Shown: positions 50,211-62,000, numbered from the stretch's first letter. The stretch: DNA of 64,000 bases from Terriglobia bacterium (GCA_963748015.1 CAVVHE010000004.1:1248001-1312000), one strand, 5' to 3'. The notes: generated by a model from the sequence alone, not told the origin. Numbers and translations are program-made.

Positions 50211-50966
50211 CTAGAGGAGGAGGAAGATCTTCGTGAGGAAGAAGTCCGCGATGATGATCGAGATCGAGGCCACCACCACGGTGTTCGTCGTCGCCCTGCC
50301 CACCCCGTCCGCTCCGCCGGTGGCGCCCAGGCCGTTGTAGCAGGCGATGATCCCGACCAGGAGAGCGAAGAAGAAGGACTTTCCGACACCGCTCGCGATG
50401 TCCTGCACCCTGAGCGCCGACAGGACGTGGTTCATGTAGTAATCCCGGCTCTGCCCCAGCTCCGTGACGGCCATCACGAGCCCGCCGAAGATCCCGATGG
50501 TGTCGGCCAGAATGGTCAGCAACGGGAGGCTGACGACGAGCGCCCCGACGCGCGGCACGACGAGCTTCTTCACCGGGCTGGCCGCCAGCGCCCGGAGCGC
50601 GTCCACCTGCTCGGTCACCGCCATCGAGCCGATCTCGGCGGTGATCCCCGCCCCGACCCGCCCGGCCACCATCAGCGCGGTCAGCACCGGACCCAGCTCG
50701 CGCACGACCGACAGGGAGATGATGTCGCCGACGAACGGCTTTCCGCCGTACGCGGCCAGCGAGTACGCCGTCTGGATCGCGAGGACCATCCCGGTGAAGA
50801 GGAGGGTGACGTTCGTGATCGTGAGCGAGCGCACGCCGAGCTGGAACAGCTGATCGAGCCAAAGCTCCCGCTCGAACGGCCGCTCGAACGCCTGCCGGAA
50901 CGTCCCACCGGTCAGGCGAACCATGCCGCCAAGCTCGTCGAGGTACGCGCTGAGGATTCCGTTCAT
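50211..50966 (-). CDS. mlaE: MCE system ABC permease
   Basis: LGVRSL, GMVLA.Q, VRELGPVLTALMVAGRVGA.ITAEIGSM..TEQVDAL, GGA.GVG.ATT..VV. Confidence 0.94.
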   Translation of the reverse strand: MNGILSAYLDELGGMVRLTGGTFRQAFERPFERELWLDQLFQLGVRSLTITNVTLLFTGMVLAIQTAYSLAAYGGKPFVGDIISLSVVRELGPVLTALMVAGRVGAGITAEIGSMAVTEQVDALRALAASPVKKLVVPRVGALVVSLPLLTILADTIGIFGGLVMAVTELGQSRDYYMNHVLSALRVQDIASGVGKSFFFALLVGIIACYNGLGATGGADGVGRATTNTVVVASISIIIADFFLTKIFLLL

Positions 50967-51141
50967 TGCGGTTCCCACCGGCCCGGGTGCGACTCCGCCT
51001 CCGAGGCCGGGTGGAAGCACAGAATAGGCAGAGGGGAGGACGGGGTCAAGGCTCCGCAACTCAACGACTTGACGAGGGTGGGCAACCCCCTTGGTATACT
51101 CCTCGGGCTTCCGCGCTGGCCGGGACGGCAGGGAGGGTCGG

Positions 51142-51891
51142 GTGCTTCGAGGCGTCTTCACCTTCGTGGTCTTCATCGTGATGACCGTGCTCGCGAGCGC
51201 CACCGCGGCGCTCTGGAGTCTCCTGCGCCCGGGCAGCGACATCGTGATGCGGCTCGGCACCCTCTGGTCGCGGACGTGCCTGGCCGCCGCCGGGGTCGAG
51301 CCGGTCTATGAAGGGCTCGAGAACGCCACGAAGTCGCTCCCGTGCGTGTTCATCTCCAACCACCAGTCCCTCATGGACATCTGGGCGCTGATTCCGGCTC
51401 TGCCGGCCTCCACGCGCTTCGTGGCGAAGCGGTCGCTCTTCCTGATCCCGTTCTTCGGCTGGGCGCTCACCGCGTCCGGCTTCATCCCGATCGACCGGAA
51501 GAACCGGGCGCGGGCGGTGCGGAGCCTCGCCACGGCCGCGGAAAAAGTGCGCGGGGGCCGGCCGGTCCTCCTCTTCGCGGAGGGAACCCGGAGCCGCGAC
51601 GGAAAGCTCGCGCCGTTCAAGCGCGGCGCCTTCCACCTCGCGATCGAGGCCGGCGTCCCCGTCGTACCGGTGGCGGTCTCCGGCTCGGGCGCCGTGCTGC
51701 GCCCCGGCGGGATGTTCCGGATCCGCCGCGGGACCGTGCGGGTCAGCTTCGCGCCGCCGCTCGACGCGGCGTCCTACCGGCCGGACGGGATCGACCGGCT
51801 GTCGCACGACGTCCGCGCGCGGATCGTCGAGCGCCTGCGGCCGGACGAGCTCCATCCCGCCGAGGCGGCCGGGCGCCCGGGGATCGCTTGA
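51142..51891 (+). CDS. plsC: 1-acyl-sn-glycerol-3-phosphate acyltransferase
   Basis: NHQSLMD (HX4D), FVAK.SLF.IP.FG, IDR, FAEGTRS, FK.GAF..A....VPVVPV. Confidence 0.9.
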   Translation: MLRGVFTFVVFIVMTVLASATAALWSLLRPGSDIVMRLGTLWSRTCLAAAGVEPVYEGLENATKSLPCVFISNHQSLMDIWALIPALPASTRFVAKRSLFLIPFFGWALTASGFIPIDRKNRARAVRSLATAAEKVRGGRPVLLFAEGTRSRDGKLAPFKRGAFHLAIEAGVPVVPVAVSGSGAVLRPGGMFRIRRGTVRVSFAPPLDAASYRPDGIDRLSHDVRARIVERLRPDELHPAEAAGRPGIA

Positions 51892-53339
51892 CCCCCGACC
51901 GCCTCGCCGCGCGCCTCCGCCGGCGAACGGCCTCGGATCCCCTCCTCCGCGACATTCGCGACGCCGCGCGCCGGCTCGGCCTCCGCGTCTGGCTCGTGGG
52001 AGGCGCGGTCCGCGACGCGGCGCTCGGCCGGCCGGCCTCCGATCTCGACCTCGCCGCCGACGGCGCGAAGCACCTCGCTCGCGCCCTCGCATCGGCATGG
52101 GGACACCGGGGATTCCGCTTCGAGAAGCGCGGCGTGACCACCTACCGGTTCGCCGTCGCGGGACGCGAGGTGGACATCGTGGACGCCGCCGCGCGGGGCA
52201 TCCGCGGGGACCTCCTGCGCCGGGACTTCACGATGAACGCCGTGGCGTTCGACCTCGCCCAAGGAGTCGTCCTCGATCCCCTCGGCGGGCTGCGCGACAT
52301 CGGCGCGGGACGCCTCCGCCTCCCGCGCCCAGGCGTCGTGCGGGAGGACCCGGTGAGGGCCCTTCGCGCGTGCCGGTTCCTCGCGGAGCTGCCGGAATTC
52401 CGACTCGATCCGGCCGCGAAGCGCGAGGTCGCGAGGGCAGCCCGCGCGCTCCGCCGCGCCTCGGTCGAGCGGATCGCGGAAGAGCTCGACAAGCTCCTCG
52501 CGACTCCCCGGCCGGATCGCGGTCTCGACGCGGTGGAACGCCTCGGCCTGCTCCCCTCGGTGCTTCCCGAGCTTGCGTCCCTCCGGGGCTGCGTGGCCGG
52601 CGAGGGGCGCCCGAGCGTGTGGCGCCACACCCTCGATGCCCTCGCGCTGGCCGCGCGCCCCCGGCGCGCTCCGGGAAGCGCGGCGGCGCGCGACCCCCGC
52701 GCTGCGCGCCTCCTGCGCTGGACCCTCCTCGTCCACGACGTCTCGAAACCCGAGACGCTCTCGAGACGGGAGGACGGCCGGCCGGCGTTTCACGGCCACG
52801 AGCTCGCCGGCGCGCGCCGGGCCGAGGCGCTGCTCCATCGCCTGAAGCTGCCGAAAACGTTCCGCCGGCGCGTGTCGCAACTCGTCCGCTGCCACCTGCG
52901 GCCGCACCACCTGGCCGACGCGGGCCCGACCGAGCGCGGCCTCAAGAGGCTAGTCCGCGACGCGGGCGAGGACCTACCGGTGTTGGTGCTGCACGCGGCG
53001 TGCGACGCGCTGGCGTCGGGGTCGCCGGATGCGCGGGCCCGCTGGCGGCGTCTCCGGCCCGTTCTCCTGCAGCTCCTCGCGCTGCACGAGACGGCGGCGA
53101 GAGAGCCTCTCCCCGTTCTCGTCACGGGCACCGACGTCATGTTCGTTCTCGGCGTCGGTCCGGGACCGGACGTGGGTCAGGCGCTCCGGGAGATCCGGGA
53201 GATGCAGGAGGACGGAGCGATCACCTCGAGGGAGCAGGCGCTCGACCACCTCGCCGCGCTCGGGGGCCGCGTCGCCCCGGTCAGCGCGGGCCGGCCGAAG
53301 CAGCGAGGGAGCGGTGCACCTCGAACGTCGCGCGCGTGA
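51888..53339 (+). CDS. Class II tRNA nucleotidyltransferase with HD domain (probably CC-adding)
   Basis: WLVGGAVRD..LG....DLD, DL.RRDFTMNA, EDPVRALR..RF, ERI..EL.KLL, LVHDVSKP, F.GHE..GA. TTG start overlaps the plsC stop. Confidence 0.88.
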   Translation: MTPDRLAARLRRRTASDPLLRDIRDAARRLGLRVWLVGGAVRDAALGRPASDLDLAADGAKHLARALASAWGHRGFRFEKRGVTTYRFAVAGREVDIVDAAARGIRGDLLRRDFTMNAVAFDLAQGVVLDPLGGLRDIGAGRLRLPRPGVVREDPVRALRACRFLAELPEFRLDPAAKREVARAARALRRASVERIAEELDKLLATPRPDRGLDAVERLGLLPSVLPELASLRGCVAGEGRPSVWRHTLDALALAARPRRAPGSAAARDPRAARLLRWTLLVHDVSKPETLSRREDGRPAFHGHELAGARRAEALLHRLKLPKTFRRRVSQLVRCHLRPHHLADAGPTERGLKRLVRDAGEDLPVLVLHAACDALASGSPDARARWRRLRPVLLQLLALHETAAREPLPVLVTGTDVMFVLGVGPGPDVGQALREIREMQEDGAITSREQALDHLAALGGRVAPVSAGRPKQRGSGAPRTSRA

Positions 53340-55436
53340 TGCCGAACAGCGTCGCGGGCGCGATGGGAGACGGCCCCCCGCGGCGCACGGCGTCCAATAG
53401 CGCGGCGACTTCCTCGCCGTGCCCCTTGCCGCCCTCGCGGATGCGGGTGACCTTCCGTCCCTTGTGGATGGCGCAGGTCCGATAGTCCTCGAGCACGGCG
53501 GACGCGCCGCCGGCGTGGACCTCGAGCCGCTCCTTTCCGATCGAAGGGTCGCCCTTCGCCGTGTAGAGGATCTGCCCGACGCTGCCGTCCGCGAACGCCA
53601 GCTGAATCGCCGCGTCCTCCGTCAGGCCGGTGGGACGGCCGGCGCACGCCGCTTGGACGGAGACGATCGCCGCGTCCCGCGTCAGGTACGACATCAGGTC
53701 GATGAAGTGACATCCCTCGCCGATGATCCTGCCCCCGCCGACCTCGGGATCGGTGGTCCAGTGCCCCGGCGGGAGCTGCCCCGCGTTGACCCGGTAGGTC
53801 ATGAGGAGCGGCCCGCGCCCCGAGAGCGCGTCCCGGATCGCGAGCGCCATCGGCGAGAAACGGCGGTTGAAACCGACGAGGAGCACGCCCGGGGAAGCCG
53901 CCGCGGCCTCCTCGACCTCGCGAAGCTGCTCCTCGGTCAGGGCGAGCGGCTTCTCGACGAACACGTTCTTGCCCGCCCGCAGCCCTCTCACGACCATCGG
54001 CGCGTGCTGGTCGTGACGGGTGACGACGCACAGGAGGTGAATTCCGGTATCCGCGAGCGCCTCCTCGACGTCGGTCCCGATCGCCTCGAAGCCGAACTTC
54101 CGCTGCGCGTCGTAGGCCGTCAGGCCCACGGCGTCCACCACGCGGCGCAGATTCACGCCGGAGCGCCCCTTGAAGGCGGGGAGCAGGACGGAGCGAGCGA
54201 ACGCTCCCGCGCCGATGAACCCCACGCCGATGTCTCCCGCGATCGGGCCGCCGGGGGCCGGGCGGGTCGACACGGCCGGCGTGGGACGCGCCGCCGGCGC
54301 CGAGGGCCGCTCCGCGTACTCGATGACCATCCCCAGCGGACGGGGCCCGCCCTGCGAGACGAGCTGGTCGTAGGCCCCCGGGGCGTCATCGAGCGAATAG
54401 CGGTGCGTGATGACCGATGCCAGCTCGACCTGCCCCGTGGAGAGGCACTGCAGGAACGCCTCGAGGTTCCGTGTCTCCGTCCAGCGGACGTAGCCGGCCG
54501 GGTAGTCGATCCCCTTCTCCTCGAAGTTCGCGTCGTACCGCCCCGGGCCGTACGAGCGCGCGATGCGCAGGTCGATCTCCTTCGCGTACGCGATCTCCCG
54601 CGGCAGACCGAACGGCACGAGCCCGACGGCGACGACCCGTCCGCGCTCGCGGCACATGCCGGCGGCCGCCACCATCGGCGCGTCGGAAGGGCTCGCGGCG
54701 GTCACGATCGCGCCGTCCACGCCGAACCCGTCGGTCCAGGCGAGGGCCATCTGGACCTGGTCGTCGGTCGAGCCGACCGCCGCGATCTCGGCGCCGAGAG
54801 CCTTGGCCCTCTCGACGAGATCGGGCGCGAGGTCGAACCCGGCCACCCGCGCGCCGTTCGCGCGGAGGAGCTGCACCGACATCAGGCCGAGGATGCCGAG
54901 GCCGATGACGCCGAACTTCTCGCCGAGCGTGGGATCGAGCTGCCGGACGCCGTGCAGCGCGATGGCGCCTAGCGTGGCGAACGCGGCCACGTCGAACGGG
55001 ACGCCGTCGGGAATCCGGGCGGCGAGGTTCACCGGGACGCAGATCACCTCGGCATGGCTCGCGATCCCCGCTCCCGCGCAGGCCACGCGGTCGCCCACCT
55101 TGAAGTAGTCGCCGGCCCCCGGGCCGACCGCGAGCACAACGCCGGCCGAGGAGTAGCCGAGAGCCTGAGGCTCCGAGAGCTTCGTCTGGACCTTGCGGTA
55201 GGCGGCGAGGAGCCCCTCGCGCTTCACGCTGTCCATGACCTTGCGGACCAGGTCGGGCCGGTTCCGCGCGGTCTTGAGGTAGGAGCTGCGCGCGGTCTGT
55301 ACCGCCGCCCGCTCGGTGCCCGGCGAGATGACCGACCGCACGTTGCGGACCAGCAGCGTGCCCGGCCTCAGCGCGGGCTCGGGGAGTCGACGACCTGGAT
55401 CGTGCCTGCCTTGGGGTCCTGAAAGAGCTGTCTCAT
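53281..55436 (-). CDS. Bi-domain oxidoreductase (Zn-ADH-like + Gfo/Idh/MocA), frameshifted near the 5' end (about 55381-55384)
   Basis: MRQLFQD...G...V.D.P joins EPALRPG..V....S.ISPGTE if one base is added to the G4 run. LGYSSAG, GLGILG, RSYGPGRYD..FE..G.DYP..YVRWTE.RN, GAGAFA, VFVEKPL, VGFNRRFSP, GGRIIGE.CHFID. Confidence 0.9.
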
Positions 55437-55637
55437 AGGGCCGGAAGGATAGCATCGGGGCGGGGCGTTCGTCCCGGATCCTGTCGCTACCAGGCGAGAT
55501 AGGGTCTCGTCCTCGAATCGGTCCTCGAGGCGGGCAGGCCTATTGCGCGGCGCAGAGTCGCCGCACGACCTGGGACGAGTCCATCGGGGAGAGAACACGC
55601 CGCGCCTTGGCTCGGATCGCCCGGGAACGCCAGCCCG

Positions 55638-57077
55638 TCAGAACTGGAAGTAGATGAACGGCGCCTCGGCGAGAGGCCAAAGGAGGACGAGAAGCAGCCC
55701 CGCGAGCGCGGAGGCGGCGAGCGCGACCGATAGGGGGGCGGTCGCCAGGCGGCGGTCCAGGTCTCCCGTGAAGTGCGAGAGCGCGTGCAACCCGAGGAAG
55801 CCGGCAAGGATCATGACGGTCGAGAAGAGCGAGACCTGCCCGAGCCCGATGCTCGCGAGGCTGAAGTTGAAGTCGAAGACGAGGAACTTCCTCAGCGCGA
55901 GCAGCATTGCGTCCGTGTCCGTGACCCGGAACGCGATCCAGGTCACGAGGATCCACCCCTGCATCAGCGCCCAGGCCGCGAAGCGGTAGGGGCGTTTCGA
56001 CTTCATGCGCCGCTTGATGCCGAGCCGCGGCGACAGCTCCTCCCACCCTCGGTAGACGATCAGGGCCGCGCCGTGGAGCCCGCCCCACAGGACGAAGCTC
56101 CAGCTCGCGCCGTGCCAGAGGCCGGTCGCGAGAAACGTGAGCGCGACGTTTCGCATCCAGTGCCATGCCGCCCCGTAAGGCCCTCCCAGCGGGAAGAACA
56201 CGTAGTCGCGGAACCAGTACGACAGCGAGATGTGCCAGCGCCGCCAGAACTCCGAGGGGCTCTTCGCGAAGTACGGCCGGCGGAAGTTCTCGGGCAGGTC
56301 GTAGCCGAGCAGCCGGGCGACCCCGATCGCCATGTCCGTGTACCCCGAGAAGTCGCAGTAGATCTGCACGTAGTAGGCGATCGCCGCGATCCAGACCGTG
56401 ACGCTGGTCCACATCGCCGGCTGGCCGAAGATCGCGTCCGCGAGGACCGCCACGTTGTCCGCGACGACGACCTTCTTCGCCAGCCCCCGCAGGATCAGGA
56501 AGTACGCCTGCCGGTCCACGCGGAGGGGGCGCTCCTCCGCGAATTGCGGCAGTAGCCCCGACGCGCGGGAAATCGGGCCGCAGACGATCTGAGGGAAGAA
56601 CGAGACGAAGAGGGCGAAGTCGAGCGGCGACCGGCAGGCCTTCTGGTTCCCGCGGTAAACGTCGATGCTGTAGCCGATCGCCTGGAACGTGAAGAACGAG
56701 ATGCCGATCGGGAGCGCGATGTCGAGGCGCGCCCAGCCGGGATCGCGCCCGGCGGCGGCGAGCACTCCCTTGGCGGTGGACGCCAGGAAGTTCGCGTACT
56801 TGAAGAACGCGAGGAGACCGAGGCTCAGGAGCAGCCCCGCGGCGAGTATCGCGCGGCGGGCGGTCCGCGTCCGCGCCGCCTCCACGCGAATCCCAACGAC
56901 GTAGTGCAACCCGGCGGTGAAGGCGAGCAGGAGAAGGAACTCCGGCCGCCAGCTCATGTAGAACGCGGCGCTCGCGGCCAGCAGCAGCGACTTTCGCGTC
57001 CGGTTGCCGCGAAAGACCGCCATCGCTCCGAGGAGCGTCGCGAGGAGGGCGGCGAACTTCAGGGAGTAGAACAGCAC
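55638..57077 (-). CDS. MBOAT family O-acyltransferase (AlgI/DltB-like)
   Basis: LPIGISFFTFQ, FFPQ...GPI.R, YCDFSGYTDMAIG, ENF.RPY..S..EFWRRWHISLS, GLWHGA. Confidence 0.94.
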   Translation of the reverse strand: MLFYSLKFAALLATLLGAMAVFRGNRTRKSLLLAASAAFYMSWRPEFLLLLAFTAGLHYVVGIRVEAARTRTARRAILAAGLLLSLGLLAFFKYANFLASTAKGVLAAAGRDPGWARLDIALPIGISFFTFQAIGYSIDVYRGNQKACRSPLDFALFVSFFPQIVCGPISRASGLLPQFAEERPLRVDRQAYFLILRGLAKKVVVADNVAVLADAIFGQPAMWTSVTVWIAAIAYYVQIYCDFSGYTDMAIGVARLLGYDLPENFRRPYFAKSPSEFWRRWHISLSYWFRDYVFFPLGGPYGAAWHWMRNVALTFLATGLWHGASWSFVLWGGLHGAALIVYRGWEELSPRLGIKRRMKSKRPYRFAAWALMQGWILVTWIAFRVTDTDAMLLALRKFLVFDFNFSLASIGLGQVSLFSTVMILAGFLGLHALSHFTGDLDRRLATAPLSVALAASALAGLLLVLLWPLAEAPFIYFQF

Positions 57078-57086
57078 GGAGCCGCC

Positions 57087-58160
57087 TCAGCGCCGCGCGG
57101 CCGAGAGCCGCGTCGCCACCGACCGGGTGAGGACCGCGGCACCGCTCGCCCGGAGGTGGAGGTGATCGACGAAGTCCTCCTCCCCCAGGAGGTCGTGGAG
57201 GTCGAGGAAAGGCGCGCCGGTCTCCCGCTCGAGCGCCGGGAGCTCCGCCCGCAGCTCCTCGTAGAACGCCGGGGCCGCCAGCGCGCGGACCCTCGGGTGC
57301 TCGGGCATGACGACGACGGTCAGCTTCCGGCCGCGCCGTGCGGCCGCGCGGCCGATGGCGGCCAGCACCGACCTCGTCGCCGGAGTCGTCCGGAACGCCG
57401 GCCGCGCCTCGTGGAAGGCCAGCATCTGGCGGTCGAGAGCCTCCGCGGAAACCGGATCCGCGTAGGGCTGCGGGTAGTAGAGGTCGTTCATGGCCGTGCC
57501 GAATTCGAGGTCCCTTCGCAGCCGGCGCCGGACCCAGGTATCGAACCCGGCGCGGACGATCCATCGGCCGTCGAGCCGCATGCGCAGATCGCCCCGCCGG
57601 ATCTGCGCGAGGAACCGTTCGTCGCCGATCTCCTCCGCGGCCCGCCGGGCGTCTTCTCCAGGCCGGTACCCGTACATGTAGTAGGCGACGTACTTGTTGT
57701 CGGGGAGCTCCGGAGCCTCCTGGCGCAGCATGTCCGGAAGGATGCCCAGCACGACCGTCGCCGTCGTCTCCGGGAGGCGATCCTCGAGGAGCAGGCTCTC
57801 GTAGAGCGTCTGCCCGGTGCTCGCGAGATTCCAGACGACCGGCCGGCCGGGAAGCTCTCCCGCCATTCTCTTCCCATCGAACGCCGACATCGAGACGCTG
57901 TCGCCGAGGACGGCGACCTCGGGCTTCTCGCCTTCCGTCCTGCCCAGCGCGGCGAGGAGCGTGGCGGCGCGCTCCATGTCGTTCGGGGCCGAACGGAAAA
58001 TCGCGGGAAGCGCCAGGATCCCCGCGGCGGCGCCGATCAGCGCGGCGACGGTCAAGGCAAGCACGCGAAGCGCCGCGGCGGGCTGCCCTTCCGGGACCTC
58101 CGGAGAAGCCGCGGCGCGGCCGGCCGCTCCCGCGGGCCCCTTTCCGCCGCGCTCGCTCAC
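57087..58160 (-). CDS. Membrane-anchored SGNH-fold protein (AlgJ/DltD-like acyl-transfer partner)
   Basis: TM anchor, VAVLGDS, WNLASTG, C-terminal FVDHLHL (DxxH). GTG at 58160 overlaps the PNP stop. Confidence 0.72.
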   Translation of the reverse strand: MSERGGKGPAGAAGRAAASPEVPEGQPAAALRVLALTVAALIGAAAGILALPAIFRSAPNDMERAATLLAALGRTEGEKPEVAVLGDSVSMSAFDGKRMAGELPGRPVVWNLASTGQTLYESLLLEDRLPETTATVVLGILPDMLRQEAPELPDNKYVAYYMYGYRPGEDARRAAEEIGDERFLAQIRRGDLRMRLDGRWIVRAGFDTWVRRRLRRDLEFGTAMNDLYYPQPYADPVSAEALDRQMLAFHEARPAFRTTPATRSVLAAIGRAAARRGRKLTVVVMPEHPRVRALAAPAFYEELRAELPALERETGAPFLDLHDLLGEEDFVDHLHLRASGAAVLTRSVATRLSAARR

Positions 58161-59011
58161 GAACCCTCGCTTCCGGCCGCGGCCATGCTCTCGATCCCGG
58201 CGCGCAGGAACCCCGCAGCTCCCGCGACCGCCTCCTCCACGCTCCGGACCACCCCCCCGTGGTGGATCCAGCGCGCCCCGGCCATTCCCGCCCCCTTGTT
58301 CGACACGCACGCCACGGCCGCGACGCGGAGGCCGAGGTAGCGGGCCGCGATCGCCTCGGGAACCGTGCTCATCGAGACGAGATCGGCGCCGAGGCCTCGC
58401 ACCATGCGCACCTCGGCGGGGGTCTCGTAGCACGGGCCCGCCAGGGCCGCGAGCACCCCGTCGCGCATCCGGACCTCCCCCGCGCGCGCCGCCTCGTGCC
58501 ACGCGAGGCGAAACGCCGGATCGTAGGCTTCCTGGAGATCGAGGAACGGCGGGTCCCGCCTCTCGGGCGGAATCACCCGCAGGGGATCGGCCCCGGCGAG
58601 GTTGATGTGGTCCGTGACGACCGCGAAGTCGCCCGGGACGTCCGCGTCATCGAGCCCTCCCGCCGCGCAGGTCAGGAGGACCGAGCGCACTCCCGCCGCG
58701 GCGAGCACCGCGACCGGGAAAGCGACCCGGGCCGCGTCGTGCCCCTCGTACAGGTGGAGCCGGCCGGCGAAGAGCCAGACGTTTCCCGAGGCCACCCTCG
58801 CGGCCGCCGCGCCGCCGCCGTGCCCCTCGACGCGGCATTCCGGGCAGCCCGGGATCTCGGAGGACGAAACGCGTTCCCCCGCCCCGAGCGCGCCCGCGAG
58901 AGGAGCGAAGCCGGACCCGAGCACGACCCCGAGGTCGGGGCGCCCGAGCCGCCCCTCGAGAAACGCCGCGGCGCGCGGGACCTCGTCGCCGAAATGGGAC
59001 GGGACGCTCAT
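58157..59011 (-). CDS. punA: Purine-nucleoside phosphorylase (trimeric type)
   Basis: GVVLGSG, VEGH.G, GR.HLYEG, DHINL.G..PL, GP.YETPAE, GAD.V.MSTVPE, SNK.AG. Confidence 0.9.
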   Translation of the reverse strand: MSVPSHFGDEVPRAAAFLEGRLGRPDLGVVLGSGFAPLAGALGAGERVSSSEIPGCPECRVEGHGGGAAAARVASGNVWLFAGRLHLYEGHDAARVAFPVAVLAAAGVRSVLLTCAAGGLDDADVPGDFAVVTDHINLAGADPLRVIPPERRDPPFLDLQEAYDPAFRLAWHEAARAGEVRMRDGVLAALAGPCYETPAEVRMVRGLGADLVSMSTVPEAIAARYLGLRVAAVACVSNKGAGMAGARWIHHGGVVRSVEEAVAGAAGFLRAGIESMAAAGSEGS

Positions 59012-62000
59012 TTGAACAGCTTCAGGACCGTGAACAGGAACTCCTGCTTCCCCTCGAGCCCCGGGATGTCGGACTGCATCGCGCGGCCGTAGCTCCCGAC
59101 GATCACGGTCTGCCACGGCCCGATGACGTTCGCCGAGAGCCCGGCCCCGGCGAAATCCTGGTAGCCGGCCGTCGAGCTGCGATCGAGCGAGCGCGCGCGG
59201 GAGAGGTTCAAGTCGAAGCGGATCGCCCCGAACAGGTTGAACGAGTATCCCGTCCGGGCGATGAACGCGCGGTCGAAGCGCACGCCGCTCCCGGAGAAGC
59301 CGTCGAGCCGCATCTGCCCGAAGAGGCTGAACATGTAGCGGCTGTACCGGTCGAGGTCGCGCCCGTCGAGATAGTCCACCTCGGCCCGGACCTTCTGGAA
59401 CTTCGGGAGGAACCACTCCTTGGTGGCCGTGAGGCCCCACGTCGGGAAGCTCGACGACAGCGGCTCGGGGTCCACGAACTCCCCGGTCGCGTTGTCCTTC
59501 ATCCCCCATGCCTCCCACCTGGATCGGCGCGCAAAAGCCCCCGACACGGCCACCCCGTAGCCCCGACGGTTGAACTCCGCCTGGAGGGAGCCCTCGGTCA
59601 GGACGTGGTTCGCGGGAAGCACGTACATGAGATCGGTCCCGTTCGCCTCGTTCTCCGCGGCCAGGGCGCCTTCGGCCTCCGAGTTCCCGAAGTACTGGTT
59701 GACGTAGATGCTGGCGGCGACCGTGAGCTTGAAGAAGCTCGCCGCGGGAAGGCCGAGGCGGACCGAGGCGTACTGTCCCCGGGTGTCCACGCGCTCCGTC
59801 AGGACCTCCGTGTCGCCGGCGTACAGCCGGTCCTCGCTCTTGATCGCCATGCCGAACGCCTCGCCCGCGAGGTCCATCTTCTTCCCGAACAGGGCGGGCT
59901 GCGTCACGTTCACGAAGGCGACCACTCCCGCGTACATCACCTCGAGTTGCGTGTTGTCGTGGAAGAGGTCGTAGTCGAAGTAATTGAACCCGGCAAGCGG
60001 CACCGCGGAGGAGCGGCCGCTCTCCTTGAAGGCCCCGGCCGCGGCGAACCACTTGTGCGTGACCAGGTCTTCCTTGACCTTCCGGGTCCCGTCCTCCTGC
60101 CGGTCGAGGTAGCGAAACCCCTTCTCGGTGTCTCGGAGCATCAGGTTCCTGGAGGCGTACGCGGCCTTGCGCGCCTCCTCGAACGCGGGCCGGGACGGGT
60201 TCAGCTCGAACGTCGCGAAATCCACCTCGCGGTTCACCACGAAGTTGCGCCCGGCGATGGTCCAGAGCTGCTGGCCGTCGATTCGCGAGAGCATCCAGTA
60301 GGTCTCGCCGTCCGGTCCCGTGACCGGCTTGTAGAGGTCCACCTCCTCGTTGGAGACGACCGGTGGCTCGAGGTTGGTCTGGACCAGGGACGACTTGAGG
60401 CGGACGAACGTCTCCTTGTCCACCCAGAGGCGACCGCGATAGAGGCTCGTCTTGACGTCCGGATTCCCGGGATCGAACTCCAGGACGTACGCCTCCCGGC
60501 CGCCCACGGTGTCCTCCCCGCGCAGGCGGTAGAGGTAAGTCTTGTCGAGCGTCAGATCCAGGGGGAGCGTGACGACCTTCTCCGGCTGGATCAGGGGGAT
60601 CTCCGGGATGGTCTTCCAGGTGACCTTGTTGCCGTTCACGTAGTACGTCGCCTGCTCCCACTCGAGCTCGCTGCCGCGCTCCCAGAAGAAGGTGCTGTCG
60701 ATCCCGACGTCCACCGCGGTCCCCATCTGCGCGACCTTGAAGTGGAAGTTGATCCGCGCCGGCGCCTTCCACCGGTCGAGACGGTCGTCCTGGACCTTCT
60801 GCACTGCCTGGTAGCGCGCGATGATCTCCTCGGCGGTGAGCCCCCGCGTGCTCTCGACCTGCAGCTGTTCGGTCGCCAGCTCCATCCCCTCCGGCAGCGG
60901 CGATCTGCGGAAGGAGAGCAGCATCGGATGCGCCGCGAAGACCACGCGGATCGCCTTCTCGCCGGGTCGCCCCGGCACCTTCGACGGCACCGTGACGAGG
61001 CTGCCTCCGGTCAGGGGATCCAGGACCTTGGCGTCGCGAACGTCGGGCGCGTCCACGACCAGCCACCCCTGGCTGCCCGCCAGAGCGCCTCCCGGAGCGT
61101 CGTAGAGGATCGCGGTCGGAAGATCCTTCTCGGCGTCGTTCAGGAACCGGCCTAGCGCGCGCGCGCCGGGAAGGGGCACCTGGTGGTCGTCGAGGAACCG
61201 GATCTGTCCTCTACCGGCGGCCGCGTAGCCCGAGAGATACCGGTGAAGCCCGAAGAGGATCTCCGCGTCCCGCCGGACCTGTTCGGGCTCGCCCTGCACG
61301 CGGGCCAGGGCGACCGCCGCGGGAGTCGGCGCCGAGACCGCCTCGATCGCCGCCGCCACCGCCTCGGAGCCCGAAGCTCCCTCCGCCGGCTCGGCGGCAT
61401 ACGCCCAGAAGGCCGGCGCCGGCGGGTTCCGCACCGCTTCCCGGAAGACGGCCCCGAGATCCGACCCGACCTCGCCCGGGTCGGCGGACAGGCGAACCGG
61501 AAGGACGTCGATGTAGGCCGCGGCGTCCTGCTGCCAGAGGCTTTTCTGCCATTCGAGATCCGAAGCGGCGATGGCGCCCTCCGCGACGAGCGCCGACGCG
61601 CCGGCCAGGCGGGCCTCCGCACGCACCGCGAGCGCCGAGGACTTCAGGACGAACGCGTACACCGTGGGATCGAACGCGGGGCCGTCGCGCGACGGGATCG
61701 GCCGCGCCGGGCCGTCCCAGATCTCGAACACCTCGACGCGCCCCGCGAAGCTCCGGACGGCGCTCCTCACGAAACCGGTCCACGCCTGTAGCGACTCGCC
61801 GCTCAAGGGGGACGGCGCGCTCCCGTCGGGAAGGTAGAGCGGGTTGGAGCCGGTCAGGCAGACGGCGACGAGGAACCCGGCCTCCGAGAGCCTCGAGACC
61901 GCCGGCTCGAGGCGCGACCAGTCGTAGACCCCCTTCTCTCTCTCGACGTCGCTCCACGGCGCGACCAGCCGCGCCGCCAGCGGGCGGTCGGCGGAGACGG

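Noticed and set aside
53281..53339. 59-nt convergent overlap between the nucleotidyltransferase and oxidoreductase 3' ends
   Set aside because: Common in GC-rich genomes where stop codons are scarce.
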